Of a stretch of 64,000 nucleotides of DNA, positions 34,832 through 43,417 are shown piece by piece. The first letter of the stretch is position 1. Every line of letters starts with the position of its first letter. The translations under genes and the position numbers were made by a program. The notes under the pieces were generated by a model. The model did no database searches. It saw only the letters and a program-made list of their open reading frames with translations, and had not been told where the DNA came from. The stretch is from a virus (lineage: Duplodnaviria > Heunggongvirae > Uroviricota > Caudoviricetes): positions 283,305 through 347,304 of IMG/VR virus record IMGVR_UViG_3300031949_000001. The stretch is one strand, 5' to 3'.

Positions 34832-35097
34832 TATAGTCTTCTTTTCTTCCAGTTATAGTCAGGACCGACTACATCGACTCCTGGTTTGCCTACACTATTT
34901 GGGTTTTCACTCATTAGAGTAATATGGGAAAACTTTTCTCCAGCAAACTGGCGTTTACGAAGGCTTTCAGCACATTTCAATGCTTCTTCAAGATCGTCCG
35001 TTGTTTCATGACCTGGCTCATAAACCATACTACCGGTCTCTTCCGAATGCTCTAACCAATATATTACATAAATCATATTATCCAAAAAGCTCCTCAA
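34831..35097 (-). CDS. Hypothetical protein
   Basis: 88 aa ORF. Confidence 0.65.
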   Translation of the reverse strand: MRSFLDNMIYVIYWLEHSEETGSMVYEPGHETTDDLEEALKCAESLRKRQFAGEKFSHITLMSENPNSVGKPGVDVVGPDYNWKKRRL

Positions 35098-35296
35098 CGA
35101 GTTTGTGTTCAGTTAATTTTTCTAATTGACGAACAACGTCTTCTGCGGATTCTATGTTCTTGCTTTGAACTCGATAAAAAATAGGGGATATAGCAGGCTC
35201 AGCATATTCCCAAATTCCGTAGAAGAATCCTTCCATACATGTATCATGATGCTCGGCTGACTCGTGCGGATTAATGTTGTGGATGTAAAATTTCAT
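35078..35296 (-). CDS. Hypothetical protein
   Basis: 72 aa ORF. Confidence 0.6.
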   Translation of the reverse strand: MKFYIHNINPHESAEHHDTCMEGFFYGIWEYAEPAISPIFYRVQSKNIESAEDVVRQLEKLTEHKLVEELFG

Positions 35297-35481
35297 TTCT
35301 TATTCAGTCCGATACCATTACGCTTGAGAGTATCAAGGCAAAGGTTTAGAAGCACCTGAGTGTTCTCAAGGTCGCGGGTCAATTTCTCATTTTCCTTTTT
35401 GAGTGTATCAATTTTGATGCCTTGTAGGTAAATGGTGTTGCGACCCTGGACCATTTCCTCTACTTGCCAATCTTCTGCCAT
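35293..35481 (-). CDS. Small coiled-coil protein
   Basis: 62 aa ORF. Confidence 0.6.
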   Translation of the reverse strand: MAEDWQVEEMVQGRNTIYLQGIKIDTLKKENEKLTRDLENTQVLLNLCLDTLKRNGIGLNKK

Positions 35482-35674
35482 ATTACACCTTTGTTTCAGG
35501 AGTGGTCAAATCCTTCACCAAACCAAGCATTTGAGCCTTGATGTTGGTCAGGAGTTTGTTAACATCTCCTGTGTAAATGCCACCAGCAATACTGTGAGGA
35601 TTGGTGTCCGAAAGGACGCGAGCTGCGCGCTCGGCAATCATATCTGCTGTAATCATTTTTCATACTCCATAAAA

Positions 35675-35720
35675 CTCTAAGGGACAAGTGCATGATACAC
35701 CTGTCCCTTAGAGAAGTCAA
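35675..35720 (-). promoter_or_regulatory. Sigma70 promoter overlapped by a 12-bp inverted repeat
   Basis: TTGACT-17-TATCAT; CTCTAAGGGACA (35675-35686) / TGTCCCTTAGAG (35702-35713). Confidence 0.65.
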
Positions 35721-35865
35721 CAATTTTGTTTAGTAAGTCTTTTCGAAACGAGAAAGATAATCCTGATGCACTTCGAAAGACACAAGAGTTTTTGGCTTTA
35801 TATTAATGAACTTGCACCTATTGACTAAAAATTTTACGCTCTATTTCCACGGACATGAAATGTGC

Positions 35866-36192
35866 TCATTTCGGCTCTACAGATGCACCAACTGCTGCAT
35901 AATACAAACGCATCGCTTGTTCATATGACACCGTTGTGATACTAAGAGAAATATCATTATCAAGTCTCGCATAGTACACCAAAGCCTTTCCAGATGAGTC
36001 GCGTCTAATGCAAACAATACGATATACAGGAACCATTACATCTCCAAAGTTTATGCCACGATATGCTTCAAAGGGAATTGTCATTAAGAGACTCCTAAAA
36101 TGTTTCGAGGAATGAAACGTTGTAATAGTTAGTGCATTCACTTTGAATACAACCGTTCTTTCTAGACCACCATGGACGAAGACTACTTCCAC
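35866..36192 (-). CDS. Hypothetical protein
   Basis: 108 aa ORF; start uncertain. Confidence 0.5.
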   Translation of the reverse strand: MEVVFVHGGLERTVVFKVNALTITTFHSSKHFRSLLMTIPFEAYRGINFGDVMVPVYRIVCIRRDSSGKALVYYARLDNDISLSITTVSYEQAMRLYYAAVGASVEPK

Positions 36193-36258
36193 AGGTTGGA
36201 CAAAATTTGCCCCGACATTCTCGGATAATCCGCCCCAATGGTGGTGTAGGTTTATTCA

Positions 36259-37881
36259 TTATTGCTTCGGACCATATGCCATTTTATGAGCGAATTTTAA
36301 TATTCCTGTACTCCAACCACCCAAGATGTAAGTCTTGTCATAAAATTCCGGGATAATCGTATCCTGATAACCGGCAACCTGCACCAAATAAACCTGGACA
36401 TTCGGGTTAACCTTCTTACGATAATCAGCAACAAGCTTGGCTACGTCAATGTATCGTGCATCCCACAAATAATCTCGGTACTTGGTAGCATCGGTTCCAT
36501 ACAAACCACCATGACCAGCCTGCATGTCAGAGTAGACGAATACGTGATCCCAATGCTCGTTCTGCTTGATAGCCTTATCCCAAAACAACCAGATACCGTT
36601 TTCAGTTCCTTCACCAATATCATGAGCCAATTTCTCAGCCTTTTCCAAATGGGTGAAAATAGAATTCTTCTTGGTGATTGGGAATGTCGAAAGTTTATCA
36701 CCGAATATACCAACATAACCTTCTTCGCTGATTTTTCCAGTGATAACACCCATCAAGTTAGCAATATCGTTAACAGCTACGCTGCCCAACTCGCTAGTGG
36801 TGCTACGTTGAGCCGAGCCGCTGTTATCACAAAGCGACATAACACGACCACCAAATGATGGAACTTCTGTCAATGAAACCTCAAGACAAGTCTCGATTGC
36901 GTCCAAAAGCTTTGGATTCTGAATACCAGCGCCTTCAACTGCCTTGTAGGCAGAGTAATAACGGAATGGCAATTGCTTACCTTCCTTTACACCTTCGATA
37001 AGCTTGGTTGTGTACAAGTCTGGATCAACACCATGCTGCGACAAGTTACGCAGGTTGCGCAACAGCGCCATGTGTCCCATGACTCCGACTGCTTCAGTCC
37101 AAGAATCCTTGTTAGAACCCTTTGCTGAAATCAAAGCTTCCCATGTCTCGTTGTCGCTGAGAGTGAGCTTACCCTTCATCAGCTTACCGAGCGGATCGGA
37201 TTCGTTAAAAGATGGCCAAACCATACGAACCGTGTCAACAAGGTTATACTCGTGACCTTCCATACGATACTTCGCCAACTGGTATTCATTGTATGTGGCA
37301 AGCTTGTCGCCCAATGCACGCTTCAGACGTGTTGGAATCTTACCAAATGTAGCCTTGGTGTAGGCGAAACAGTTGATAACATCATCTGGACGGAAAAGAA
37401 TGTAAGGTGCGTACTGACGCAACAGAGTTGTTCCCTTGATCTTCGGATGCTGTGCAGCACGAGCCAAGATGATCTGTGGTGTCAAACGAATGTGATCTTC
37501 ATGACGAAGTTGGTTAGCAACCTTCAATGTCTCTTCGATGTTGAAATCTAGTGCATTGTCGATAGCAGATTCCATCAACTGCGCAGGAGTCATTGAACGC
37601 CATTCGACTGGATCAACAGCGTTGAGCGTATCACGCAAATGCTTGAGTTGCTTGCTTGAAAGACGAACGTGTTCTGCATGATTGTCTGGCTTGCGGGTCT
37701 TGCCTTCTGTGCCACCGCCATTGTAGTACGTAGGTTCACCGAAAAAACAGCTTGCCGCTGCCATCTTCAATGTGTTGATAGGGTTGTTTAGAAACCATGA
37801 TGGACCGCCCATCCAGTTCAGATGTGCGGATACTGCTGCCTTAGCAGCGCGTGGGGTTGCCTTTGGGTTGACGTTGCTCAT
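36259..37881 (-). CDS. rsr: Ro60/TROVE-domain RNA-binding protein with vWA domain
   Basis: N-terminal NWMGG..., FFGEPTYY, YQLAKY, MALLRNLRNL, QLPFRYYSAY, vWA MIDAS-like CDNSGSA. Confidence 0.92.
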   Translation of the reverse strand: MSNVNPKATPRAAKAAVSAHLNWMGGPSWFLNNPINTLKMAAASCFFGEPTYYNGGGTEGKTRKPDNHAEHVRLSSKQLKHLRDTLNAVDPVEWRSMTPAQLMESAIDNALDFNIEETLKVANQLRHEDHIRLTPQIILARAAQHPKIKGTTLLRQYAPYILFRPDDVINCFAYTKATFGKIPTRLKRALGDKLATYNEYQLAKYRMEGHEYNLVDTVRMVWPSFNESDPLGKLMKGKLTLSDNETWEALISAKGSNKDSWTEAVGVMGHMALLRNLRNLSQHGVDPDLYTTKLIEGVKEGKQLPFRYYSAYKAVEGAGIQNPKLLDAIETCLEVSLTEVPSFGGRVMSLCDNSGSAQRSTTSELGSVAVNDIANLMGVITGKISEEGYVGIFGDKLSTFPITKKNSIFTHLEKAEKLAHDIGEGTENGIWLFWDKAIKQNEHWDHVFVYSDMQAGHGGLYGTDATKYRDYLWDARYIDVAKLVADYRKKVNPNVQVYLVQVAGYQDTIIPEFYDKTYILGGWSTGILKFAHKMAYGPKQ

Positions 37882-37927
37882 GTTATAGCCTCCTTAAAAC
37901 GTAACATATGCTTGTTGTAATTAAAAC

Positions 37928-37994
37928 TTACGAGAAATAATGACTAGGTTTTTGCTTTGAAATGTAAAGAAGTATCCCAATCTCCACTTCGTAA
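37928..37994 (-). ncRNA. Y-RNA-like element 1
   Basis: TTACGAAG...TTTCTCGTAA bulged-C closing helix; GAAGTGG and TACTTC motifs. Confidence 0.7.
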
Positions 37995-38049
37995 GAATCT
38001 CAAAATTAGCACAGTCTAAGTGGTGTTGTCAAGAGCATTCTAAAAATAA

Positions 38050-38109
38050 TAGGAGAAACATTTGAAGGGCGTGTTTTCATCAAAGAAGTAACCCCACAAC
38101 CACTTCCTA
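38050..38109 (-). ncRNA. Y-RNA-like element 2
   Basis: TAGGAAG...TTTCTCCTA bulged-C closing helix; same motifs. Confidence 0.7.
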
Positions 38110-38122
38110 TTAATTCAAAAAT

Positions 38123-38145
38123 AAAAGCCTCTTGTTTAAGGAGGC
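38123..38145 (-). terminator. Terminator between Y-like elements
   Basis: GCCTC-loop-GAGGC-TTTT. Confidence 0.55.
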
Positions 38146-38154
38146 AAATAAGTC

Positions 38155-38277
38155 CAGGAGAAATTCGTAAGAGTGACAGAGTTGGCTTGCGCCTTCCCTT
38201 TGATGGGATTTGAACCCATCTCGAAACTCACCTTGCGGCGAGTCGCTTTGCCGAAGTAACTCTAACACCACTTCCTG
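38155..38277 (-). ncRNA. Y-RNA-like element 3 with tRNA-like T arm (YrlA-type)
   Basis: CAGGAAG...TTTCTCCTG helix; GATGG-GTTCAAAT-CCCATC T arm; TTGACA-17-TATATA promoter just upstream. Confidence 0.8.
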
Positions 38278-38447
38278 TTCAGATCTATATATCACAGTTT
38301 GAAAAAACTGTCAAGCTTTTTTAGTGTTAAAGCAACAAACCAATATGATTTGGAGACCACCAAATTTCCTGCCCTTAGTCTAAACCTCGTATACTAGACC
38401 CCTTTTTAGGTGTTTAACAAAACATGAAATTTGTAGTTTGTTGCTTT

Positions 38448-38538
38448 TGGCGGAAGGCAGAGGAATCGAACCCCAAGCCGTTCATCACGACTCCCATTGT
38501 TTTCAAAACAAGTCCAGACCCAGGCTGGTTTACGATCC
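38448..38538 (-). tRNA. tRNA-Ser(UGA), (8/4)-type, imperfect acceptor
   Basis: TTTGAAA loop, long V arm, AA linker, G73-CCA. Confidence 0.8.
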
Positions 38539-38733
38539 AAGTGTTTTTTCTAAATCTGTTAATTCTGTATTTAATCGCGCCAAATATGGTTTAGCATATC
38601 GTTCCATTCTTTCGGCAGGATAATTTTTACTAATTTTTTCGTAATGAGCTATTTCATCCTTTTTCAATTGGATGGCATGCTCAACATTTTTACCCTTAAG
38701 CTTACGTTCGAAAAGTATTGATTTTAATTTCAT
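38530..38733 (-). CDS. Small late protein with CTS-like N-terminus
   Basis: Likely start MKLKSILFE. Confidence 0.65.
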   Translation of the reverse strand: MKLKSILFERKLKGKNVEHAIQLKKDEIAHYEKISKNYPAERMERYAKPYLARLNTELTDLEKTLGS

Positions 38734-38801
38734 TATATTTACCCAAACAGACTTCACAAGGATTTCCGTTGTTGGACGTAGACCTTTGTAACGATTAGCG
38801 T

Positions 38802-38892
38802 TGGCGGAAGAAGGAGGTCACGATCCCCAACCGACTCTTCGCCGGTCCTTTAGTTTTCAAGGCTAAGCTGAACCCCGTTCAGTTCCACTTCC
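38802..38892 (-). tRNA. tRNA-Ser(UGA), (8/4)-type
   Basis: GGAAGTGG/CTTCTTCC acceptor, 4-bp T stem, T loop ATCGTGA, G73-CCA; TATAAATA at 38902-38909. Confidence 0.8.
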
Positions 38893-39145
38893 ATGGTTTG
38901 ATATTTATAGGTTTAGAATTTATTACTATATCGTATACTATATCACAAAAAGGTGGTACGTCAAGTTTTCCTTCATTGACATCGTAGTGTCTGATGCGTT
39001 CTCGCAGCCAGTGAGCATGTCGATCTGGCAAGCAGAGCGTTAAAACAGTGTTACCAGCTTCCCAAAATACATGGGTAACGGTCTCGTACACAACTTCTGT
39101 TGTTTCATCATCCGGAAAAATCCGAACTGTAAAAGTTTTTGTCAT
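38879..39145 (-). CDS. Hypothetical protein
   Basis: 88 aa ORF. Confidence 0.6.
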   Translation of the reverse strand: MTKTFTVRIFPDDETTEVVYETVTHVFWEAGNTVLTLCLPDRHAHWLRERIRHYDVNEGKLDVPPFCDIVYDIVINSKPINIKPWKWN

Positions 39146-39827
39146 ATATTATCCCTAAATCAATTAGAAATTGCTTTTCGACTCTACTTGCATCGACGTA
39201 TGTCATCGGATCTTCATCTGGATCATCATTGAATATTGTACCACCATTCTTCAGGAAGTCAACTATCTGAATGATCTTTTGTGGTGCCTTGTGGTCGCCG
39301 TTAACCATATAGAATTTCTGCTTCTGAGCGAAAAGAAGATCGATAACTTTCTGATCAATTATCAGTGATTCATCTTCGGTCTGATTTCTACCTTTAGGAT
39401 TGTACTTCTTTGTACGCTTAAGAAAAATGTTTATATTGTCGAAGGAATTAAAAGCCTCGTCAACCAAGGGGAGGAGATTTTTGTAATAGTCTTGGGAAAT
39501 GTACATATGACAAAGAAGCAACGGACTGTCCGTGACGCAATATTTGACTCCGTATTGAACCAATCTGCGTTGACGATGATGCTGTTCGGTGAAAATATCG
39601 GCTTGTTCGTAGAACATGTTCCATCGTTGCTGATAGACTAAATCCTTCGGGAATTCTGTGACTAGTTCAACATCATGGTTAGCTAATTTCATTAGATGGA
39701 ATAAACCAGAAGCCACGGTGCTCTTGCCTGCACCTGGACCAGCAAATAAGTTTATTACTATCAGATCTTTATTTTTTGTTATTGGTGTCTGAGGTAGGGA
39801 CATTGTTATTCCATAGTTATTTTCCAA
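39108..39827 (-). CDS. AAA_28 / NadR-kinase-like P-loop protein
   Basis: INLFAGPGAGKST, VELVTEFPKD, VTDSPLLL. Confidence 0.75.
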   Translation of the reverse strand: MENNYGITMSLPQTPITKNKDLIVINLFAGPGAGKSTVASGLFHLMKLANHDVELVTEFPKDLVYQQRWNMFYEQADIFTEQHHRQRRLVQYGVKYCVTDSPLLLCHMYISQDYYKNLLPLVDEAFNSFDNINIFLKRTKKYNPKGRNQTEDESLIIDQKVIDLLFAQKQKFYMVNGDHKAPQKIIQIVDFLKNGGTIFNDDPDEDPMTYVDASRVEKQFLIDLGIIYDKNFYSSDFSG

Positions 39828-39963
39828 GAAACTCCATCACGGCGATTACTCCCAAAACGATAAATGTAAGGATAGTCAGGAGTACATTCAGCACTCCCGA
39901 CCAATCAAATTGCGAGAAACGTCTTTTCATATCTATCCTTTTTAGCATATTAGGTCGTCAATG

Positions 39964-41100
39964 TCAATCGTCGTTGTCACTACCAACAAAATAATCAACA
40001 ATGTGTAGGTGATCGTCAAACATGACTTCTTCATCAAGTTCGTTTAGAGGAACCCATTTAGCTTTGTCCGTACCATCATCAACATCTTGACCACCTTTAA
40101 CTTTCGGAAGAGGACCGGGTTCGAGTTGAATATAAAACGCGTGGGTTATGATACGCCCAACTTCGGAGCGATCTTCATCATCAAATACGTGGTGCTTTTT
40201 AATTGAACCAATCAAAACTTTTTGTGGTACCTTGATTCTGGTTTCCTCATCAAGTTCGCGTAACATTCCAGCTTGAATTTTTTCGGTTGTCATCAAATAG
40301 CCTCCTGGCAATGCCCACAAACTTTTCCCAGGAGAAGCGCTACGACGCACCAAAAGAACGTGACCAGACTGTACCACGACCGCATCTACTGTCGTATGAT
40401 TCACGTCGTATGGCGCAGGTTCCCATTGTTTCTTCGTCTTCTTAATGTGCTCATACTCGGACTTAACGTATTGATAAGCTTCCGTTTCGCGAAACTTTTG
40501 TAGAAAAAGATATGTTCCTGCTGGTACAGCACTCTCAATGTATTTCAGATTTTTGCCTTCGAAATAGAGTTGACGGATTTCCGTTGCGCTGATGTTCTCA
40601 TTCAGAGGGTGTTCAATAGGATTTCCCCATTGCGGGAACATCTTCAAGTAATAGGAAGAATCATCCTTTGAATGACCAATGATTCCGATATTAGGATCAC
40701 GCATCTCCCAAAGCTGCCAATGTCCGTTGTAATGTAGCCCTCGCCGAGGACGCTCGTTACGACCAACGAAGTCATCAACAGTCTTCTGAACACGTTCAGC
40801 CCACTTTTCATCGTTGTACTTCTTGTCGCGAATTGGAAGGATAATAACCCGATTGCTAAGTGGCGTATCCAGACGAATACCTATCCTAAATAAATTAAGA
40901 TGTTGAAGAGATTTCTCAATCATCTCTTTTCTTTCCTCGAATTTCCAAGGATTCTTGAATTTTCGTGGTTGGAATGAACTTCCAACTAAAACGATGACGT
41001 GTTCTGCGATGGTTAATCCGTGCTGAATAATCTCTATATGACCTACATGGGGCGGCTCAAATCGTCCAATAAAAACCAAATAATCTAATTTCTTATTCAT
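39964..41100 (-). CDS. nadM: Bifunctional NMN adenylyltransferase / Nudix (ADP-ribose) hydrolase
   Basis: FIGRFEPPHVGH (HxGH), KNPW, ISATEIR, and WALPGG...RELDEET Nudix box. Confidence 0.93.
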   Translation of the reverse strand: MNKKLDYLVFIGRFEPPHVGHIEIIQHGLTIAEHVIVLVGSSFQPRKFKNPWKFEERKEMIEKSLQHLNLFRIGIRLDTPLSNRVIILPIRDKKYNDEKWAERVQKTVDDFVGRNERPRRGLHYNGHWQLWEMRDPNIGIIGHSKDDSSYYLKMFPQWGNPIEHPLNENISATEIRQLYFEGKNLKYIESAVPAGTYLFLQKFRETEAYQYVKSEYEHIKKTKKQWEPAPYDVNHTTVDAVVVQSGHVLLVRRSASPGKSLWALPGGYLMTTEKIQAGMLRELDEETRIKVPQKVLIGSIKKHHVFDDEDRSEVGRIITHAFYIQLEPGPLPKVKGGQDVDDGTDKAKWVPLNELDEEVMFDDHLHIVDYFVGSDNDD

Positions 41101-41141
41101 AAGATATTTCCTATCTTAAAAGTTATATGACGGTCTATCCA

Positions 41142-41516
41142 TCACATTAAAAAACCAATATCTCCAAAAGCTATAGCAAATAGCGTAAACAAAACAAACG
41201 ATATCATGTAAAGCGACTTACGCTCACCATCAAGGATTAATCGAGTGGTAGCAATAAAATAAAACATAAAAGCTATAACGGCTGCGCAACCCGATGCAAT
41301 CCTACACGCAAGGATGAAATATATAGGAATGAATTCTACCATCATTGCGAGAGGCGCAAAAAAGGATGCTACCAATATAGCAATAAACGTCATGGCAAGC
41401 GAATTAGTCCATACAATGAAATTCTTTCGAATTTCAAGTTTGTGTAGGGTTATTGGTCTGGTCTCTTCACTCATTTGTAGCCTTTTGTCTACCAATTTCA
41501 ATTTTACGGATATCAA
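41142..41516 (-). CDS. Membrane protein
   Basis: 3-4 hydrophobic helices. Confidence 0.7.
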   Translation of the reverse strand: MISVKLKLVDKRLQMSEETRPITLHKLEIRKNFIVWTNSLAMTFIAILVASFFAPLAMMVEFIPIYFILACRIASGCAAVIAFMFYFIATTRLILDGERKSLYMISFVLFTLFAIAFGDIGFLM

Positions 41517-41805
41517 GATCGGGGCGAATCAATCGCATATCATCAGCAAAGTCTCGATTCGAAACAACAATGATACAGCCAATAGAAGAAGGAAAATTCT
41601 TAACCCACTCCATAGCACGACCGTAAGAAGCCAAAACATGATAATCACTTATAGTTTTTTTATCACGTTCCACCAGCAAGAAATTTGAAATCTCTTGCGT
41701 GTAAATATCCGAATCAATTAAGACGTGCTTCGGTCCGTTGCTCCAAGAGCGCAATGCAAATGTGATTGTAAGTAAAGTACTCATGTTTGGAAAAATCCTT
41801 TCCAT
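41467..41805 (-). CDS. Hypothetical protein
   Basis: ORF; start uncertain. Confidence 0.55.
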   Translation of the reverse strand: MERIFPNMSTLLTITFALRSWSNGPKHVLIDSDIYTQEISNFLLVERDKKTISDYHVLASYGRAMEWVKNFPSSIGCIIVVSNRDFADDMRLIRPDLDIRKIEIGRQKATNE

Positions 41806-41878
41806 AGTTTGAAAAGCATCCGTCTATCGGATATCTTTGATGTTAGCATACTCCTATTTATGAGAAAAAGCAACCCCG

Positions 41879-42424
41879 TTACTTCTTTGGACAGATTTTT
41901 TCTTTGGCGGCTGGATATAGCTTAAACATTGGAACTTCATCTAAAAGCATAAGACCCTGAGGTATCGAGTGTCTATGAAAGCTAACTAAATGAAAATCAA
42001 CGGTAGTATAAATGTCTCGGAGAGGATACACGCCTCGATTCGAACATGAAACTAACGCCTCGCTAAAGACTCTCCGAACGTTTGTTCCGACACCTTGAAT
42101 AATTTTATCTGTATCGTATTGAATCATACCAATCATTACAAAGTTTGCCTTATCTGGTTCAATGCTTTTAACATTTAGCCAATAGGTTTCTTTTTCTTTT
42201 GTATCAGCACCAATTTGAACCCATTCTAAAGGATCGAATGCCATTACTGGATGTGTTGAATAATCGAACTCTCTCTTGGGTAGTTCAGAAGGCATTCTTG
42301 GTGGAGTAATTAGCTGCTCTGTAGCATCGTCCGTTGTTCCTGGGGTGATGTTCGGGAATGTATTATCTGCGTGTGCTACAGCCATCCCTAGTGCAAATGC
42401 AAGTGCTATAATTATTTTTTTCAT
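41879..42424 (-). CDS. Exported protein, surface-adhesin-E-like fold (paralog 1)
   Basis: Signal peptide; W..IG...YWLNVKSI...VSC pattern. Confidence 0.65.
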   Translation of the reverse strand: MKKIIIALAFALGMAVAHADNTFPNITPGTTDDATEQLITPPRMPSELPKREFDYSTHPVMAFDPLEWVQIGADTKEKETYWLNVKSIEPDKANFVMIGMIQYDTDKIIQGVGTNVRRVFSEALVSCSNRGVYPLRDIYTTVDFHLVSFHRHSIPQGLMLLDEVPMFKLYPAAKEKICPKK

Positions 42425-42425
42425 T

Positions 42426-42866
42426 TTATTTCTCCTGTGGGCAATACTTCAGCATGATTATTTCTGGTGGACTATCTGTGTCGATGGTTGTCGGAATTTT
42501 GAGCTTGGACTCAAAAATGAAAAACTGTTTATCATCGACATTAAACAATTTTTCACTAAAAACTCGATATGTGCTACCGTCACAATTGATGTATGTGTCT
42601 GTAATAATGTAAGACGTAGTATCGGTTAATGGCATCGTTCCCATGTCGTCGGGAGAAATATAACCTCGAAGTTTTTGAGGAGAACCAAACTTAGTCTTAA
42701 TGGCTACATGCAGGACACCCTTTTCAACCTTCATGTTTTGAGTATCAACCCATAGGCTTGGATTACCAGGAACTATTTCCTTCCACATTCGGTTAACTAT
42801 CACGTCATTGGCTTGGGCAGTAACAGTTGCTAAGATTAGAAATACGGATAAAAATAAAGATTTCAT
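42426..42866 (-). CDS. Exported protein, surface-adhesin-E-like fold (paralog 2)
   Basis: Signal peptide; W...WVDTQNM...INC...YC. Confidence 0.65.
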   Translation of the reverse strand: MKSLFLSVFLILATVTAQANDVIVNRMWKEIVPGNPSLWVDTQNMKVEKGVLHVAIKTKFGSPQKLRGYISPDDMGTMPLTDTTSYIITDTYINCDGSTYRVFSEKLFNVDDKQFFIFESKLKIPTTIDTDSPPEIIMLKYCPQEK

Positions 42867-43330
42867 GTGTCGGTTCTCTTGGAAGGTTTTTTATGACAGA
42901 AATGTTCAAACATGACCGTCGTATCATATCCAGGGGCTACAGGAATGATTTGATTTGGATCTACTTTATATGATAGAATTAATTTACCGAATTCATCATA
43001 ATAGTCAGTTTTAAAAGACACTAACGATTCAGTTGCACAGTTGACTTTAGTGTGATAAAAAAGAACAAACGCTGGTCTAGGAAGGGTAATTGTTTTACCA
43101 TCACCATTTTCAAAACTGACAACAGCTTTTCCAACTGCCATCGAAGTCGAACCTAAAAATTCCCAAGTGTTAGCATCTAATTTTTTAATGCTTAGTGTAT
43201 CGATGTAAATGGAAGCTTGCGCCCAGCCACCATAAAAAAGTGGGAGCCAATTGTGTTGGACCTTATCATCTGCTTGGGCAAAAGAGAATAAAAAAGCCAA
43301 AAAGAGATGCGGGAAGAACTGTTTAAGCAC
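42863..43330 (-). CDS. Exported protein, surface-adhesin-E-like fold (paralog 3)
   Basis: Signal peptide; W...YIDTLSIKK...VNC...FC; late promoter at 43364-43370. Confidence 0.65.
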   Translation of the reverse strand: MLKQFFPHLFLAFLFSFAQADDKVQHNWLPLFYGGWAQASIYIDTLSIKKLDANTWEFLGSTSMAVGKAVVSFENGDGKTITLPRPAFVLFYHTKVNCATESLVSFKTDYYDEFGKLILSYKVDPNQIIPVAPGYDTTVMFEHFCHKKPSKRTDT

Positions 43331-43417
43331 CTTGAGTTGCCTTCTAAAAAGTCTGGTTAGATTTATTTATCCCTAATCAGACTTATCCGTAGAATCTACG
43401 CTTCTTACAATCGAATG

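Noticed and set aside
35485-35662. Small ORF checked as a possible CsrA homolog
   Set aside because: Translation (MKMITADMIAERAARVLSD...) lacks the CsrA MLILTR...GE...IG pattern.
38110-38295. 61-aa minus-strand ORF upstream of Ro60
   Set aside because: Coincides with the Y-RNA-like element; no RBS, and the RNA structure explains the sequence better.
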